From Thermodesulfobacteriota bacterium (GTDB lineage: Bacteria; Desulfobacterota; Desulfobacteria; Desulfobacterales; C00003060): a DNA stretch of 64,000 nt. Below the pieces are notes generated by a model, which had not been told where the DNA came from, did not search any database, and saw only the letters and a program-made list of their open reading frames with translations. Shown piece after piece: positions 18,356 to 28,865 of the stretch. The position numbers were made by a program, and so were the translations under genes. The stretch's first letter is position 1. Every line of letters begins with the position of its first letter. Location of the stretch: assembly GCA_034189385.1 (NCBI GenBank), contig JAXHVD010000003.1:1-64000 (forward strand), in the 5' to 3' direction.

Positions 18356-21196
18356 TTATTTCCCGCAACACTTTTTGTATTTCTTGCCGCTTCCGCACGG
18401 GCAGGGCGCATTGCGCCCAATTTTTTTCTCCTTACGGCGCACGGGGGCTTTCACACCGTCTCCGCCGTGTGAATAGCTGATCCTATCCTGTTTGGCCTTC
18501 TCCTTGGCGGCCATCTCCTCTGGGCGAACCACTTGGATGCGAAAGAGAAACCGTATGGCGTCCTCCTTGATCCGTTCAATCATCTCCATGAACATGTCAA
18601 AGCCTTCCCGTTTGTAGACCACCAGGGGATTCTGTTGGCCATACCCGCGAAGGCCGATGCCCTCCTTCAGATGATCCATGGCAAGGAGGTGTTCCTTCCA
18701 GAGGTTGTCAACCACCTGAAGGACGACCATCCGCTCAACGCCTCTGAACTGATCGGCCCCGAAGTCCCTTTCCTTTTCTTCATAGACCTTCATGGCCGAC
18801 TCAAAGATCAACTCGGCCAGAGCATCACGTGTAAGCCCCTCCACGGTGTTGCGGTCGACCTTGAGTCTAAACAGAAACTGGCGATAGACAGCGTCTTTGA
18901 GGCCCTTCATATCCCATTCATTGGGCGGCGCGTTCTCGTCCGCAAAGGCAGAGGCAACGCTTTGGGAAAGCTCTCTCATCATCTCTTCAATGGTGGGTCT
19001 CAGGCTTTCGCCACTTAAGGCCTCACGGCGCTGCCTGTAAATCACCTCCCGCTGCTTGTTCATCACATCATCATATTCCAGAAGCTGCTTACGTATTTCA
19101 AAGTTATGGGCCTCCACCTTGCGCTGGGCGTTTTCTATGGCCTTGCTGATCATGCCGTGTTCGATGGGCTCGCCTTCTTCCATGCCAAGACGCTCCATGA
19201 TGGAAGACAGGCGCTCGCCCCCGAATATGCGCAGAAGATCATCTTCCAAGGAGAGATAGAACCTGGAAGACCCCTCATCTCCCTGGCGGCCAGCACGACC
19301 TCGCAACTGATTGTCAACGCGGCGGCTCTCATGGCGTTCGGTCCCAATGATATGAAGCCCTCCGAGCTCCTTCACCCCTTCTCCCAAGACAATATCTGTC
19401 CCGCGGCCTGCCATGTTGGTCGATATGGTGACAAGGCCCCTTTGTCCGGCCTGGGCCACGATCTCGGCCTCCCTTTCGTGATGCTTGGCGTTTAGGACTT
19501 CGTGTTTGATCTTGGCCTTGGAAAGCATCCGGCTCAACTTCTCCGATTTATCCACAGAGATCGTGCCCACAAGGGCGGGTTGGCCTTTTTTGTGAAGCTC
19601 TCTGATTTCGTCAACAACGGCCCGGAATTTCTCGGCGTCGGTTTTGTAAATCACGTCTGCATAGTCATCCCTGATCATGGGCTCATTGGTAGGAATGACA
19701 ATGACGTCAAGATCATAGATCTTCTTGAATTCAGCAGCTTCTGTGTCAGCCGTTCCGGTCATGCCGGCCAATTTTTCGTACATCCGGAAGTAGTTTTGAA
19801 AGGTGACGGTGGCCAATGTTTGGTTTTCTTCGGCCACTTTCACCCCTTCTTTGGCCTCAACGGCCTGGTGCAGTCCATCGCTCCAACGCCTGCCCGGCAT
19901 CATGCGTCCTGTGAACTCGTCCACAATGACGACTTGGCCGTCTTTTACCACGTACTGCACGTCTTTGTTGAACAGCCAGTATGCCTTGATCAACTGCCGC
20001 GTCACATGGAACCGTTCAGACGCTTCTCTGTGAAAGGCTTCCGCCCTTTGGCGCTCTGTCCTCTTCTCCATGGTTGTCAACTGGCCGTCAGCTTCGATCT
20101 TCTCCAGCTCCTCGTCCAGGTCTGGGACAATATAGTCGTCGGCGTGTCCCCCATAGATGAGCCGTAACCCCTTTTCAGTGAGCTCTGCGATGTTGTGGTT
20201 CTCTTCAATAACGCAGAACAGGGCCTGGTCGATCTGGGGCAGAAGCTTCTGCGTAGAAAGTTGTCCTTCGAGCCTCTCGAGCTTCTTCTTCAAGGCTGGC
20301 TGCTTGGCAATGAGATCCAGCAGTCTGGCGTTCTTTGGATCTCCCCGCTTTACCTTGAGCAAAAGCTCCAATGCGGCTTCTCCTTCGCCTTCTCGTTCCA
20401 GCTTCTCCGAGGCCTCATCAAAGATGTCACGCATCAGACGATCTTGGTGCTGCTTCACCTTTATGACCTTGGGCTTCATTTCCTCGTAAAGCTGATCCGA
20501 GGAATGCTCCACCGGGCCGGAAATGATCAGAGGGGTCCTGGCCTCATCGATGAGGATGCTGTCCACCTCATCTACGATGGCATAGTAAGGCTCTCTTTGA
20601 ACCATGGACTCTGGGGAAAACTTCATGTTGTCACGAAGATAATCAAATCCAAACTCGTTGTTCGTGCCATAGGTAATGTCGCAATTATAGGCCTCTTGAC
20701 GCTGCCGGTCGTCCAATCCATGGACAATCGTTCCTACGGTGAGGCCCAAGTAACGGTAGATGACCCCCATCCATTCCGTATCCCGAGTGGCCAAATAGTC
20801 ATTCACGGTAACCACATGGACCCCACGTCCTGTAAGGGCATTCAGATAGGCCGGAAGGGTCGCGGCCAGCGTCTTTCCTTCACCAGTCTTCATCTCGGCA
20901 ATCTTTCCCTGGTGGAGTGCAATACCGCCAATCAACTGAACATCAAAATGGCGCATAGACAGGGCTCGAACCGAAGCCTCTCGGACGACGGCAAAGGCTT
21001 CAGGAAGCATCTCGTCCAAGGTGGCACCCTGGTCTATTTGCTCGCGGAAGGCCGGCGTTTTGGCCTTCAGCTGGTCGTCACTTAGGGACTGTACCTGTGG
21101 TTCCAGGGCGTTGATCTGCTCCACTATTGGCCGCAGCTTGTTGAGCTCTCGCTCGTTCTTGCTCCCAAACACTTTCTTGAGTACGCTACCGATCAT
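18356..21196 (-). CDS. secA: Preprotein translocase ATPase SecA
   Basis: [49 protein letters not shown]-terminal [13 protein letters not shown]. Confidence 0.99.
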   Translation of the reverse strand: MIGSVLKKVFGSKNERELNKLRPIVEQINALEPQVQSLSDDQLKAKTPAFREQIDQGATLDEMLPEAFAVVREASVRALSMRHFDVQLIGGIALHQGKIAEMKTGEGKTLAATLPAYLNALTGRGVHVVTVNDYLATRDTEWMGVIYRYLGLTVGTIVHGLDDRQRQEAYNCDITYGTNNEFGFDYLRDNMKFSPESMVQREPYYAIVDEVDSILIDEARTPLIISGPVEHSSDQLYEEMKPKVIKVKQHQDRLMRDIFDEASEKLEREGEGEAALELLLKVKRGDPKNARLLDLIAKQPALKKKLERLEGQLSTQKLLPQIDQALFCVIEENHNIAELTEKGLRLIYGGHADDYIVPDLDEELEKIEADGQLTTMEKRTERQRAEAFHREASERFHVTRQLIKAYWLFNKDVQYVVKDGQVVIVDEFTGRMMPGRRWSDGLHQAVEAKEGVKVAEENQTLATVTFQNYFRMYEKLAGMTGTADTEAAEFKKIYDLDVIVIPTNEPMIRDDYADVIYKTDAEKFRAVVDEIRELHKKGQPALVGTISVDKSEKLSRMLSKAKIKHEVLNAKHHEREAEIVAQAGQRGLVTISTNMAGRGTDIVLGEGVKELGGLHIIGTERHESRRVDNQLRGRAGRQGDEGSSRFYLSLEDDLLRIFGGERLSSIMERLGMEEGEPIEHGMISKAIENAQRKVEAHNFEIRKQLLEYDDVMNKQREVIYRQRREALSGESLRPTIEEMMRELSQSVASAFADENAPPNEWDMKGLKDAVYRQFLFRLKVDRNTVEGLTRDALAELIFESAMKVYEEKERDFGADQFRGVERMVVLQVVDNLWKEHLLAMDHLKEGIGLRGYGQQNPLVVYKREGFDMFMEMIERIKEDAIRFLFRIQVVRPEEMAAKEKAKQDRISYSHGGDGVKAPVRRKEKKIGRNAPCPCGSGKKYKKCCGK

Positions 21197-21320
21197 GTCT
21201 CGTCATTCTTCCCTTTCCCCAATCTCCAACTGTTGAATCAAGACAGGGGCGTTAAGAGAGCCCACCGTGAAAAAGGGGGTTCTCGGTCGGCCTGTTGAGG
21301 TATCGCTGAGGCCACAGAAA

Positions 21321-21356
21321 GACAGTTTCGTAAAAAGCGCTCTTTGCGAAACCATC
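21321..21356. repeat. TCGTAAAAAG-family element reduced to its two ends (copy 2)
   Basis: GACAGTTTCGTAAAAAGC-GCTCTTTGCGAAACCATC, a 36-bp imperfect palindrome. Confidence 0.6.
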
Positions 21357-21426
21357 CTTTAAAAACCATATCAAACAAGGAGAAGGCTAACAACGGAATT
21401 TCGCAGGCGAAGACATCTGCGAGGGG

Positions 21427-22335
21427 TCAGTTGAGGATGTAGCTTGCAGGATCCACAGGAATGCCGTTCAGGTGGACTTCATAATGGAGGTGCGGGCCTG
21501 TACTTCTACCGGAATTTCCTACCAAACCGATCTCGTCACCACGATTAACTCTCTCTCCCGATGTCACAAGATATTTATTCAGGTGTGCGTATCGGGTAAT
21601 GATCCCATGCTCGTGGTCCAAGACCACGGTTCTGCCAAGCCCCCCATTGAAGCCCGCAAAGGTGACGATGCCGTCGGCCGGGGCAAGAATCGGTTTTCCC
21701 TTTTCTGTAGCGATGTCAATTCCCCTGTGAAATTCCTTCAAGCCTGTAAAAGGGGAGGTGCGATACCCGAAACCTGAAGAGACCCATCCTGTGGTTGGTC
21801 GGATAGCGGGAGTTGAAGCCAGAAGCGATCTTTGATCATACAGATAGGTGTGTAGCTCTTCAAGTGCCTGTTTTTCCGCAATAAAAGCCGCGCCGAGACC
21901 GTCTGCACCAGCATGCATATCCCGAACAAGGCTGTCGTGCCGCTCCGTAAGGGAACGTGTCGTGTCCAGATCACGGGGGATCGCGCCACCAACACCAAAG
22001 ACGGCATTTTTGTCCGAAGGATCATTCACGTTCGCAATGATCCGTATCTTTTTTTCCAGCTCGCGCAGGCTCACGAGCTCTTCATTCAGGGTTTGAATCT
22101 TCTTTGCAAAGACTTGAATCTGTGCCCTTTGTTCCGTCACTTCTTTGGTAAGAGCTGTTCTGGAAGGGGCAGTTCTCTTTAACGCAAGGTAATCATTAAT
22201 GATAACTGCAAGCCCTGCCGTGACGAAGAAAGCTGCGCACGCGATCAATCCGACCCATGCCGTGGATAGGCTGAATGTCTTCACGTTGGCAGCATTTTCC
22301 GGAACGATGAGAAAGGTGAGTTTTTTCCGTGGCAA
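21427..22335 (-). CDS. M23 family peptidase (TM + coiled coil + LytM domain)
   Basis: FHRGIDIA, TRYAHL, STGPHLHYEV; probable TTG start at 22335 (ORF track extends to 22416). Confidence 0.93.
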   Translation of the reverse strand: MPRKKLTFLIVPENAANVKTFSLSTAWVGLIACAAFFVTAGLAVIINDYLALKRTAPSRTALTKEVTEQRAQIQVFAKKIQTLNEELVSLRELEKKIRIIANVNDPSDKNAVFGVGGAIPRDLDTTRSLTERHDSLVRDMHAGADGLGAAFIAEKQALEELHTYLYDQRSLLASTPAIRPTTGWVSSGFGYRTSPFTGLKEFHRGIDIATEKGKPILAPADGIVTFAGFNGGLGRTVVLDHEHGIITRYAHLNKYLVTSGERVNRGDEIGLVGNSGRSTGPHLHYEVHLNGIPVDPASYILN

Positions 22336-22593
22336 CGCTCTAACCTTTACATGCAGTTTATTGAAAAAATTGGGGGCAGAAAAAAAATTACACGCGTGTT
22401 TACCATGGCTTACCAAAACCTGTCAAGCATTTTGTCTGATGACAATGGCCTCCCTATCAAGGAAAAGCCGGACGCCTTCCCATGTGTGATTTTTTATGTA
22501 AAATCAAATGGATTTGGCCGAAACAAGGGGAAATGACCACCGACACCATATGGCCCCCACGCCGTTGCGCCAATTCATCATGTGGCCTCGTCG

Positions 22594-23052
22594 TCAAAAA
22601 AGGGATGTCAGCATGGCAGTCTCATCGCAGTCAGGAAACTTGACACACTTTACACATTCTGCCCACACCTTTTGCGGCAACGACGCCTTGTCTACAACCC
22701 GAAACCCGTGTCTGGCAAAGAAAGCTGTCTGATACGTCAAAGTGAATATCCTTTTTATGCCAAGGTCCTTGGCTTCAGCAAAGGCTTGGGCTATCATCTC
22801 CGAGCCTATGCCCCGGCCCTGGTACGGCCTGTCTACTGCCATTGAGCGGACCTCTGCCAAATCTTCCCAACACACGTGCAGGGCACAAACACCTACGAGG
22901 CTACCATTGGCCCTGTCTTCATAGACGCTGAAGTCCCTCAGATGGTCGTAGAGGTCACTTAGGGACCGTGGTAACAGCTCTCCCTTGTCGGCAAATTCCC
23001 TTAAAAGTTGATGAATTGTCTTCACGTCATGAATGGTCGCTTTGCGGATCAT
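22594..23052 (-). CDS. GNAT N-acetyltransferase (short ArgA-like N-acetylglutamate synthase type)
   Basis: LLPRSLSDLY, LAEVRSMAV, QGRGIG, LPQKVWAECVKCVKFPDCDE; same strand and near argJ. Confidence 0.85.
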   Translation of the reverse strand: MIRKATIHDVKTIHQLLREFADKGELLPRSLSDLYDHLRDFSVYEDRANGSLVGVCALHVCWEDLAEVRSMAVDRPYQGRGIGSEMIAQAFAEAKDLGIKRIFTLTYQTAFFARHGFRVVDKASLPQKVWAECVKCVKFPDCDETAMLTSLF

Positions 23053-23067
23053 AGGTCCCTTTTCTAA

Positions 23068-23260
23068 CTAGTGCCCGTCCATAAATGGCTCTTTTTTCGA
23101 TGAGCGGCGTTGTCCGCGGGTTCTCGGCTGCGACGTACCCCATGTACGCCTCGCCGCAAACCCTTGTGCCGCCTTGCTCATCAAAAAAACCGCTCATTTC
23201 TGAATTGGACACTTACGCTCGTGCCTATCAACCTAAGAGTGATGCGTGGATAGGCACTAA
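23068..23260. mobile_element. 193-bp MITE, copy B
   Basis: CTAGTGCCCGTCCA...TGGATAGGCACTAA; near-identical to 8728-8920 apart from the central loop and the last ~45 bp. Confidence 0.85.
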
Positions 23261-23314
23261 CTACGCTGAATAATCCTTCATGTTGGCTTTTCACTCGGCA
23301 AAAGGTTCTACGGT

Positions 23315-23512
23315 TCAAGGGGGCCCGTCCTGTCCCTCTGATGAGTCGGCACCCTCTTTCTTTCTTCGGCAAAAAATCAGATAATACAGAATGAGTACAG
23401 GATAGGGCAATAGCGCCTGGTCAAAGTGACCCCCAAAAAGAGAATAGGTAGAATAGGCCACACAAGACAACACAAACAGGATCTGGAGCCAGACTACAGC
23501 ACGTGCCATCAT
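23315..23512 (-). CDS. Small hypothetical membrane protein
   Basis: 65 aa, two hydrophobic segments then RRKK; GAAGG SD. Confidence 0.6.
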   Translation of the reverse strand: MMARAVVWLQILFVLSCVAYSTYSLFGGHFDQALLPYPVLILYYLIFCRRKKEGADSSEGQDGPP

Positions 23513-23905
23513 CCTTCACCACAGGGTTTCTGAGTAAACGTTCATCACATCATAAGAAATCAGCGCCCTTTCATCCCCGTATTTCTGGATATTACAGATG
23601 TACACAAAAGGCTAGCACTTTTGGCCCCAAAGGCTTTCCCTTTTCCCTTGACGCCAATCCCTTTGACTCATATAGAGACGAGACGCGCTACTACTTTTTT
23701 CGCTCTCTATCTGCAATTCCCGAAACAGAATAGATTTTTTTGCTCAAGTTTCGCACCCATATCAACCGTTAGAAATAACGGCTAAAAGTGTGCTGAGGTT
23801 CGTAGAAAACGGAAGGGCCCTGCCTGGGACCTTTTTGATGCAATGGGAGCCTCGGGAGTGGGAAATCCGCTTCTCTCCGGCTTCAAATGCCTTTAGTAGC
23901 TGTGC

Positions 23906-24118
23906 AAGGGTTTCGTAAAAAGTCTCCAATCGCTCACTCCGTGAGCATTCTTGGGATTCATTCTGCGCTCCGCTAAATCGCGGCACGAAGTGAAGCTGTG
24001 CGCTAAACTCTCCGCCGCGGCGGAGCAGACAGTTCGCGATTTTGACGCTTCGCTTATCATGAATCTTATCCCAAGAATACTCCATGTCGTTTGCGAAAAG
24101 ACTTCTTACGATTCTCTC
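23906..24118. repeat. TCGTAAAAAGTC-ended element (copy 3) with a long internal hairpin
   Basis: Ends GTTTCGTAAAAAGTC and GACTTCTTACGATTC; interior GAGCATTCTTGGGAT..AAATCGCG pairs with CGCGATTT..ATCCCAAGAATACTC; central CTCCGCCGCGGCGGAG. Confidence 0.7.
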
Positions 24119-24298
24119 AAAAAACCGTGGGTGGCAATGGCTATAGGCCGTTGTTCACCGGATTTCCCACTCCCTCTGTTGCACATCCCGGGGGGGTACA
24201 AGTCTTGACAGACCTACTATTAGTGGAAACGCCGGGTACGCCTCTTTTCAAGCCGTGAGGCGCAAACTTCAGTTTTTTGTTAAGGACAGGGTTTGGTC

Positions 24299-25345
24299 AT
24301 GAAGGACCTTAAAAGGCGCCTTGAATCTCATCCTGTTGACGCGTCCGCTCCCTGCAGGATCGATTGCGGCGGCACCCTTGACATCAAGACTCTCTACTAC
24401 ACCCTGGGTCACCTCTCCCCCTGCACCTTCAACATTGCGTTAAACATGCAGACTAGGGTCCACCTTCGACCCTACACATCTGGTCTTGTGAAAGTTTCGT
24501 CTGAGGGGTTTCAAAGTGCGGTACATCCTGCGGACAGGGCACCATTTGATTCTCCGTTGGGTCTCATGTTTGCCGTAACCGCCTATTTTCGAGTGGGGGG
24601 CGTGCACATTGACATCGTGTCAGAGTCCCCCCCGAGAAGCGCTCTGGGTGGTTCTTCCTCGGCAGCTGTGGCCTTGATAGGCGCACTTTCAATGACCTTG
24701 GAAGAGAGGGTTTATCTGGAAAAGACCGTGCTGTTGGCCCATGCCATTGAGGAGGCCGTTGCCGGTGTGCCCTGTGGCCTTCAAGACCAGCTTGCAGCAA
24801 CCTATGGTGGTATCCATGTGTGGTATTGGCCGTCCGATCCCACTGAGCCTCCCTTTAAGGGACGGGAAGTGCTCAGTAAGGAAGACTATGGAGAACTGAA
24901 AAACCGCCTTTTGGTGGCCTATTGCGGAGCCCCTCACGAATCTAGGAATATCAATACCAAGTGGATCCGAGGATTCATTACAGGTAAGAACAGGGATCGG
25001 TGGTCTGAGATAGCGGCATGCACAGAGACCTTTGTGAAGGCCCTGAGCGCGAAAGACTGGGCCTCTGCGGCTAATGCCATGAACAGGGAGGTAAAAACCA
25101 GGCGGGAAATGACTCCAGAGGTTTTGGACCCAGTCGGCAGGGTCCTGTGGGAAAAGGCCATGTCCCACCATTGCGGCGCCAGGTTCACAGGTGCCGGCGG
25201 AGGGGGATGCATCTGGGCCTTGGGTGACGCACTTGATATTAAAAGGCTACAAGCTGTCTGGACCGACATAGTGTCTACCAACAAGGAGGCCCGGCTACTC
25301 GATGGAACAGTGGATCCAAAGGGCCTGAAAGTCAGTTCGAATTGA
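24299..25345 (+). CDS. GHMP family sugar kinase (HddA/galactokinase-like)
   Basis: SAPCRIDCGGTLDI, PPRSALGGSS, CGLQDQ, FTGAGGGG. Confidence 0.88.
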   Translation: MKDLKRRLESHPVDASAPCRIDCGGTLDIKTLYYTLGHLSPCTFNIALNMQTRVHLRPYTSGLVKVSSEGFQSAVHPADRAPFDSPLGLMFAVTAYFRVGGVHIDIVSESPPRSALGGSSSAAVALIGALSMTLEERVYLEKTVLLAHAIEEAVAGVPCGLQDQLAATYGGIHVWYWPSDPTEPPFKGREVLSKEDYGELKNRLLVAYCGAPHESRNINTKWIRGFITGKNRDRWSEIAACTETFVKALSAKDWASAANAMNREVKTRREMTPEVLDPVGRVLWEKAMSHHCGARFTGAGGGGCIWALGDALDIKRLQAVWTDIVSTNKEARLLDGTVDPKGLKVSSN

Positions 25346-25401
25346 TGCTGCGCCCAGGTCGTCAGTCAGGGCCGGAGGCTACTATTTTTTGGATTTACCA
25401 T

Positions 25402-25512
25402 AACGTATTCGTAAGAAGTCCATTTTGTGCCTGCCGTAAGCAACTTGGGACCACTTGACATGTTCGGCCAATATGTTCAAGATTTGCGACAGAAGCCTTT
25501 TACGATTTCATC
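25402..25512. repeat. Degenerate TCGTAAAAAGTC-ended element (copy 4)
   Basis: Ends ATTCGTAAGAAGTC and GCCTTTTACGATTTCATC; interior contains TTGACA at 25455. Confidence 0.5.
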
Positions 25513-25655
25513 AACCATGATAAACTGGCAAAAAGCAGTCTTGCTGGGGTGAAAACCGGTGCCCAGGAGCATCTGAAGGCTTCTCCAGAATGACGAGAAA
25601 CAAGCATTTCGGACTTGTTGCGAGAGTGTCAACGACAGTTTGCAGGAGGGACCCC

Positions 25656-25988
25656 ATGTTTGGGTTAGGTGGAACAGAGATCATTGTCATTGCGGTGATC
25701 ATCCTGCTCATCTTCGGGGCCAAGCGGCTTCCGGACATCGGTTCGGGGCTGGGCCAGACGGTGAGGGAGATAGGGAAGATAAAAAAGGATCTGACCAAGG
25801 ACAAGAAATCCCAAGAAAAAACAGAGGAAAACAACGAATCGGAACCAGAAAAGGGCTCTATTGAAGGCAAGGTAATAGATTCCATTCAAGATAAGGTGTC
25901 TGATAAGGTCCTGGGGCAGATTCCTGGCGTGAAACAGGCCAAAGATATTAAGGCCAAAGCGGACAAGATCAAAAAGATCGTGAGCTGA
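25656..25988 (+). CDS. tatA: Twin-arginine translocase TatA/E subunit
   Basis: MFGLGGTEIIVIAVIILLIFGAKRLPDIGSGLGQTVREI; SD AGGAGG. Confidence 0.92.
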   Translation: MFGLGGTEIIVIAVIILLIFGAKRLPDIGSGLGQTVREIGKIKKDLTKDKKSQEKTEENNESEPEKGSIEGKVIDSIQDKVSDKVLGQIPGVKQAKDIKAKADKIKKIVS

Positions 25989-26221
25989 CAAAGGGCGTCT
26001 ACGTCAAACTCCCTGGGGAGAAGTCCTTGTTCGGGCGAAGGCCCCCCATCTCTTGACAAAATCCAGGCCTGTAGACATCTCTAGGGGGGTTGCTGGTTTG
26101 ATCCATCACCCCCCCACCATAAGGGAGCTGTAAGAAGAAACATCTATACCCGGCCTTAGATCCAAGACGCCGGGGGGCGTGGTCTTGAAAAGACGCAGCA
26201 GCGCGGAGGAGGAAGGTGGCC

Positions 26222-26710
26222 ATGGAGATAGGAAGTGCTGTCATCATCGTCTTGGGTCTGCTAATTTTGGGATGGTATCAAAAAAGTCGAATCGTCGCGC
26301 TGGAAAAAGACCTTGCCTCGCAGAAGGAGATATTGGATAGGCTCAAAGTCTACTTCGACATTTTTGACCCAGAGCAGCTTCAACGATGGGTGAAAAACAA
26401 AGAAGAGACAACAAAAAGGGAACACGATTCAGAGATCCAGGAACTGCGATCTTTGATGCAAGGGCTCGTGGCAGAACGGTTTGAAACCGGAAAGTGGGTA
26501 GAGAGAGAGGTCATTGCCTCGACAGATCTTATCATCAGATTGCTCTTTTATGCCTCACCTCGCGTTCGGGAAGAGTCCATGGCCAAAATGCCCAATAGCA
26601 TGTTTAAGGATGCCGTTCGCATGGTTGTTAACCGCATGCCGGAATACTGCCAGGTCTTGGCGGCTGGACAATCATCGGCAGATGAAGATCAAGCCGAGAC
26701 AAAGGCCTAG
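26222..26710 (+). CDS. Hypothetical protein with N-terminal TM helix and coiled coil
   Basis: SD GGAGGAGG; hydrophobic N-terminus; natural-looking composition. Confidence 0.7.
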   Translation: MEIGSAVIIVLGLLILGWYQKSRIVALEKDLASQKEILDRLKVYFDIFDPEQLQRWVKNKEETTKREHDSEIQELRSLMQGLVAERFETGKWVEREVIASTDLIIRLLFYASPRVREESMAKMPNSMFKDAVRMVVNRMPEYCQVLAAGQSSADEDQAETKA

Positions 26711-26740
26711 CCACACCAAAACTTGTTCTCCCCAGACAAA

Positions 26741-26837
26741 CCCTCTCGCGCCAGGGAAGAGGGAACTGAGCGGCAGCGCCGTCGCGACTCGACTGCCCTC
26801 GGCCATGAGCTCGGGCCGAATGGAGCTCGTCGAAGTC
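26741..26837. repeat. Cluster of REP-like palindromes, one nested inside another
   Basis: CCCTCTCGCGCCAGGGAAGAGGG, and GACTCGACTG[CCCTCGGCCATGAGCTCGGGCCGAATGG]AGCTCGTCGAAGTC, between convergent genes. Confidence 0.55.
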
Positions 26838-26947
26838 AAGCAGCCGGGTATAAGGAACAGTAATCAAAAGAAAAACTATTGTCGGCCAGGACATGGGCTT
26901 TGCTCGACGAACCGTTCATGTCGATTCCGGTTTGGATAATAAGCCTC

Positions 26948-27583
26948 CTATCGGGAGTCTTGGGCAAGGACTGTTGAATACCTTACCATCTTTAAGAGCT
27001 CACCTTTTGCACTGAAGGTGTCGGGAGATTGTATGTCAAGATCGACCCGTTCAGACCCTTCGGAACTGCGCCCCACCACAGAATGACTAACGATCTTTGC
27101 TACATCTTCCACCACACAAAGGACAAGGAAGTCTTTTCGTATTCCTTTTAGAAAAAGGTACCTTGCCAAGCGATGATAGGCGGGGGGGTAATCCAAAAGG
27201 GATCTCACATCACTATGGCTGCACTTCAGGTGAAACCTTACTGTCCTGTCCTCTGAGGGGTCATCTGATAGACGACAGGTAAAATGGACAATGATTTGGT
27301 TCTCCTGTTCTGTGATGTCATCCAGAAAGCCGTCGAAGAGGACCGGTCTGCCCTCCTTATTGGCAAGCAAACTCTTTAGGTTGTAGGTAAAGACCTTTCT
27401 GTCAACGAAGTCCTGATGGGGAAATCTCACAGGATGGTGCTGTCTGACCAGGGTTTGCGTGACGTCTCGCATCTCCTGTTCCCAGCGTTGCGTCGGTTCT
27501 TTACGATCCTTCGGGCCACAAGAAAAAAACAAGAGCGACACGCATACAAGGGCCACCGGCCCATGGAGATTTCTCTTTTTCAT
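26948..27583 (-). CDS. Hypothetical lipoprotein
   Basis: MKKRNLHGPVALVCVSLLFFSC: basic N-terminus, hydrophobic stretch, lipobox-like Cys. Confidence 0.7.
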   Translation of the reverse strand: MKKRNLHGPVALVCVSLLFFSCGPKDRKEPTQRWEQEMRDVTQTLVRQHHPVRFPHQDFVDRKVFTYNLKSLLANKEGRPVLFDGFLDDITEQENQIIVHFTCRLSDDPSEDRTVRFHLKCSHSDVRSLLDYPPAYHRLARYLFLKGIRKDFLVLCVVEDVAKIVSHSVVGRSSEGSERVDLDIQSPDTFSAKGELLKMVRYSTVLAQDSR

Positions 27584-27655
27584 AAGACCTACCTTCATGT
27601 CCCATGCGTTCACTGGTCTGAGAAGCCAGGATTGAATGTGCCAGAGTTTGGTCCT

Positions 27656-28036
27656 TTAAGGACAGTCGCCGGTGTGGACAACATGGAGATGTACTTTTTC
27701 CTCCCTATCGTTGAAGTCTCGAAATATCTCCTCTGCAATGGCGCCAATGGGCTCAACGTCATCGGCTACAATGACGGCACGAAAACGGTTCAGGCCCCGC
27801 TGGTCTCTCTCCTTCATGCCCTCAAGCAACATGCTCTTTAGGTGGGCTCTGACAAGGGATGGATCATTCGTTGGCCAAATGTAGATGAGCAGACGTTCTC
27901 CTATGGTCATCGTCTGGAGACATGTGTTTCCGAAACGATGACCAACACCGGCATCAATCTTTTCAAAGACTTCATCTGGGCATTGGCATCCCAAAACGCC
28001 TTTCACAAATTCTATGATCCTTTTCTTATCGTCCAT
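27656..28036 (-). CDS. Hypothetical protein (LGCxCPxEVF motif)
   Basis: SD TGGAG before MDDKKRIIEF; co-oriented just downstream of pabC. Confidence 0.7.
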   Translation of the reverse strand: MDDKKRIIEFVKGVLGCQCPDEVFEKIDAGVGHRFGNTCLQTMTIGERLLIYIWPTNDPSLVRAHLKSMLLEGMKERDQRGLNRFRAVIVADDVEPIGAIAEEIFRDFNDREEKVHLHVVHTGDCP

Positions 28037-28079
28037 ATTTCGTCTCCAAGGATATTCTGGGCAAGACATGAGCTGTCTT

Positions 28080-28865
28080 TCATGCTCCAGAAGGAAATAG
28101 ACTAGCATGGAGCCTTTTTTGATACCCTTCACGCAGGGTATCGATGATCTTGGGGGTCCCATAAGTTACATCGCCAACGGCAGTCACCGGCAGTATTTCG
28201 ATGACTGAATTGGTGACGAAGGCACCATCAAATTGATTCAACGCTTCCGGTGTGACCGTAGATTCGGTCACTACGATACCTATGGAGCGGGCAACCTCGA
28301 GGATCTGCTTGCGTGTCACACCTGGCAGCAGTCCTGCGTCTGTGGGCGGTGTGACCATTTTGTCGTTGTTTAAGAAGAAGACATTGGTGATGCTTCCCTC
28401 GGTAATAGCCCCACGTTCATTAATAAACAGGGCATCAAAGAAGCCCCCCTTTCTGGCCCAAGTGAGAACGTATATATTTTCAAGGTATGAGGTCGTCTTG
28501 AATCGAAGAAGGGGTGACTGTGAAAACCTCTGGAAGGGAGCAAAACCCAATCTTACCCCTTGCCCCTGCTCGATACGGACTTTCTTTAGGGGTTCCCAGG
28601 CGGTATGATAGGAGGTCTCCTCGGCGCCATGATCGCCGTGGGAGATCAGGTTGAGCCGCAACCGGGTCTCTGAGTCTTGAGGGATCTTCTTCAGGGCCTG
28701 GGTTAGAGCCTCCAGGGCCTTTTGCCTGGAGAAGGGAAAGGAAAAGAAACGGCACCCCTCTGCCATGCGATCCAAATGATCTTCTACAAAGGCCAGCCTT
28801 CCGCCTTGATAGACCCGGAAGGTTTCAAAAAGGCCCTCACCAAATAAAAGCGTACGGTTCTTCAT
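28080..28865 (-). CDS. pabC: Aminotransferase class IV / 4-amino-4-deoxychorismate lyase
   Basis: GEGLFETFR, HLDRM, FKTTSY (PLP lysine), TEGSITNVF, LLPGVTR; abuts pabB. Confidence 0.85.
   Translation of the reverse strand: MKNRTLLFGEGLFETFRVYQGGRLAFVEDHLDRMAEGCRFFSFPFSRQKALEALTQALKKIPQDSETRLRLNLISHGDHGAEETSYHTAWEPLKKVRIEQGQGVRLGFAPFQRFSQSPLLRFKTTSYLENIYVLTWARKGGFFDALFINERGAITEGSITNVFFLNNDKMVTPPTDAGLLPGVTRKQILEVARSIGIVVTESTVTPEALNQFDGAFVTNSVIEILPVTAVGDVTYGTPKIIDTLREGYQKRLHASLFPSGA

Noticed and set aside
23762..24208. Short ORFs here and at 2477-2768, 8745-8978 and 23027-23273
   Set aside because: They are translations of repeat or MITE sequence rather than credible genes.
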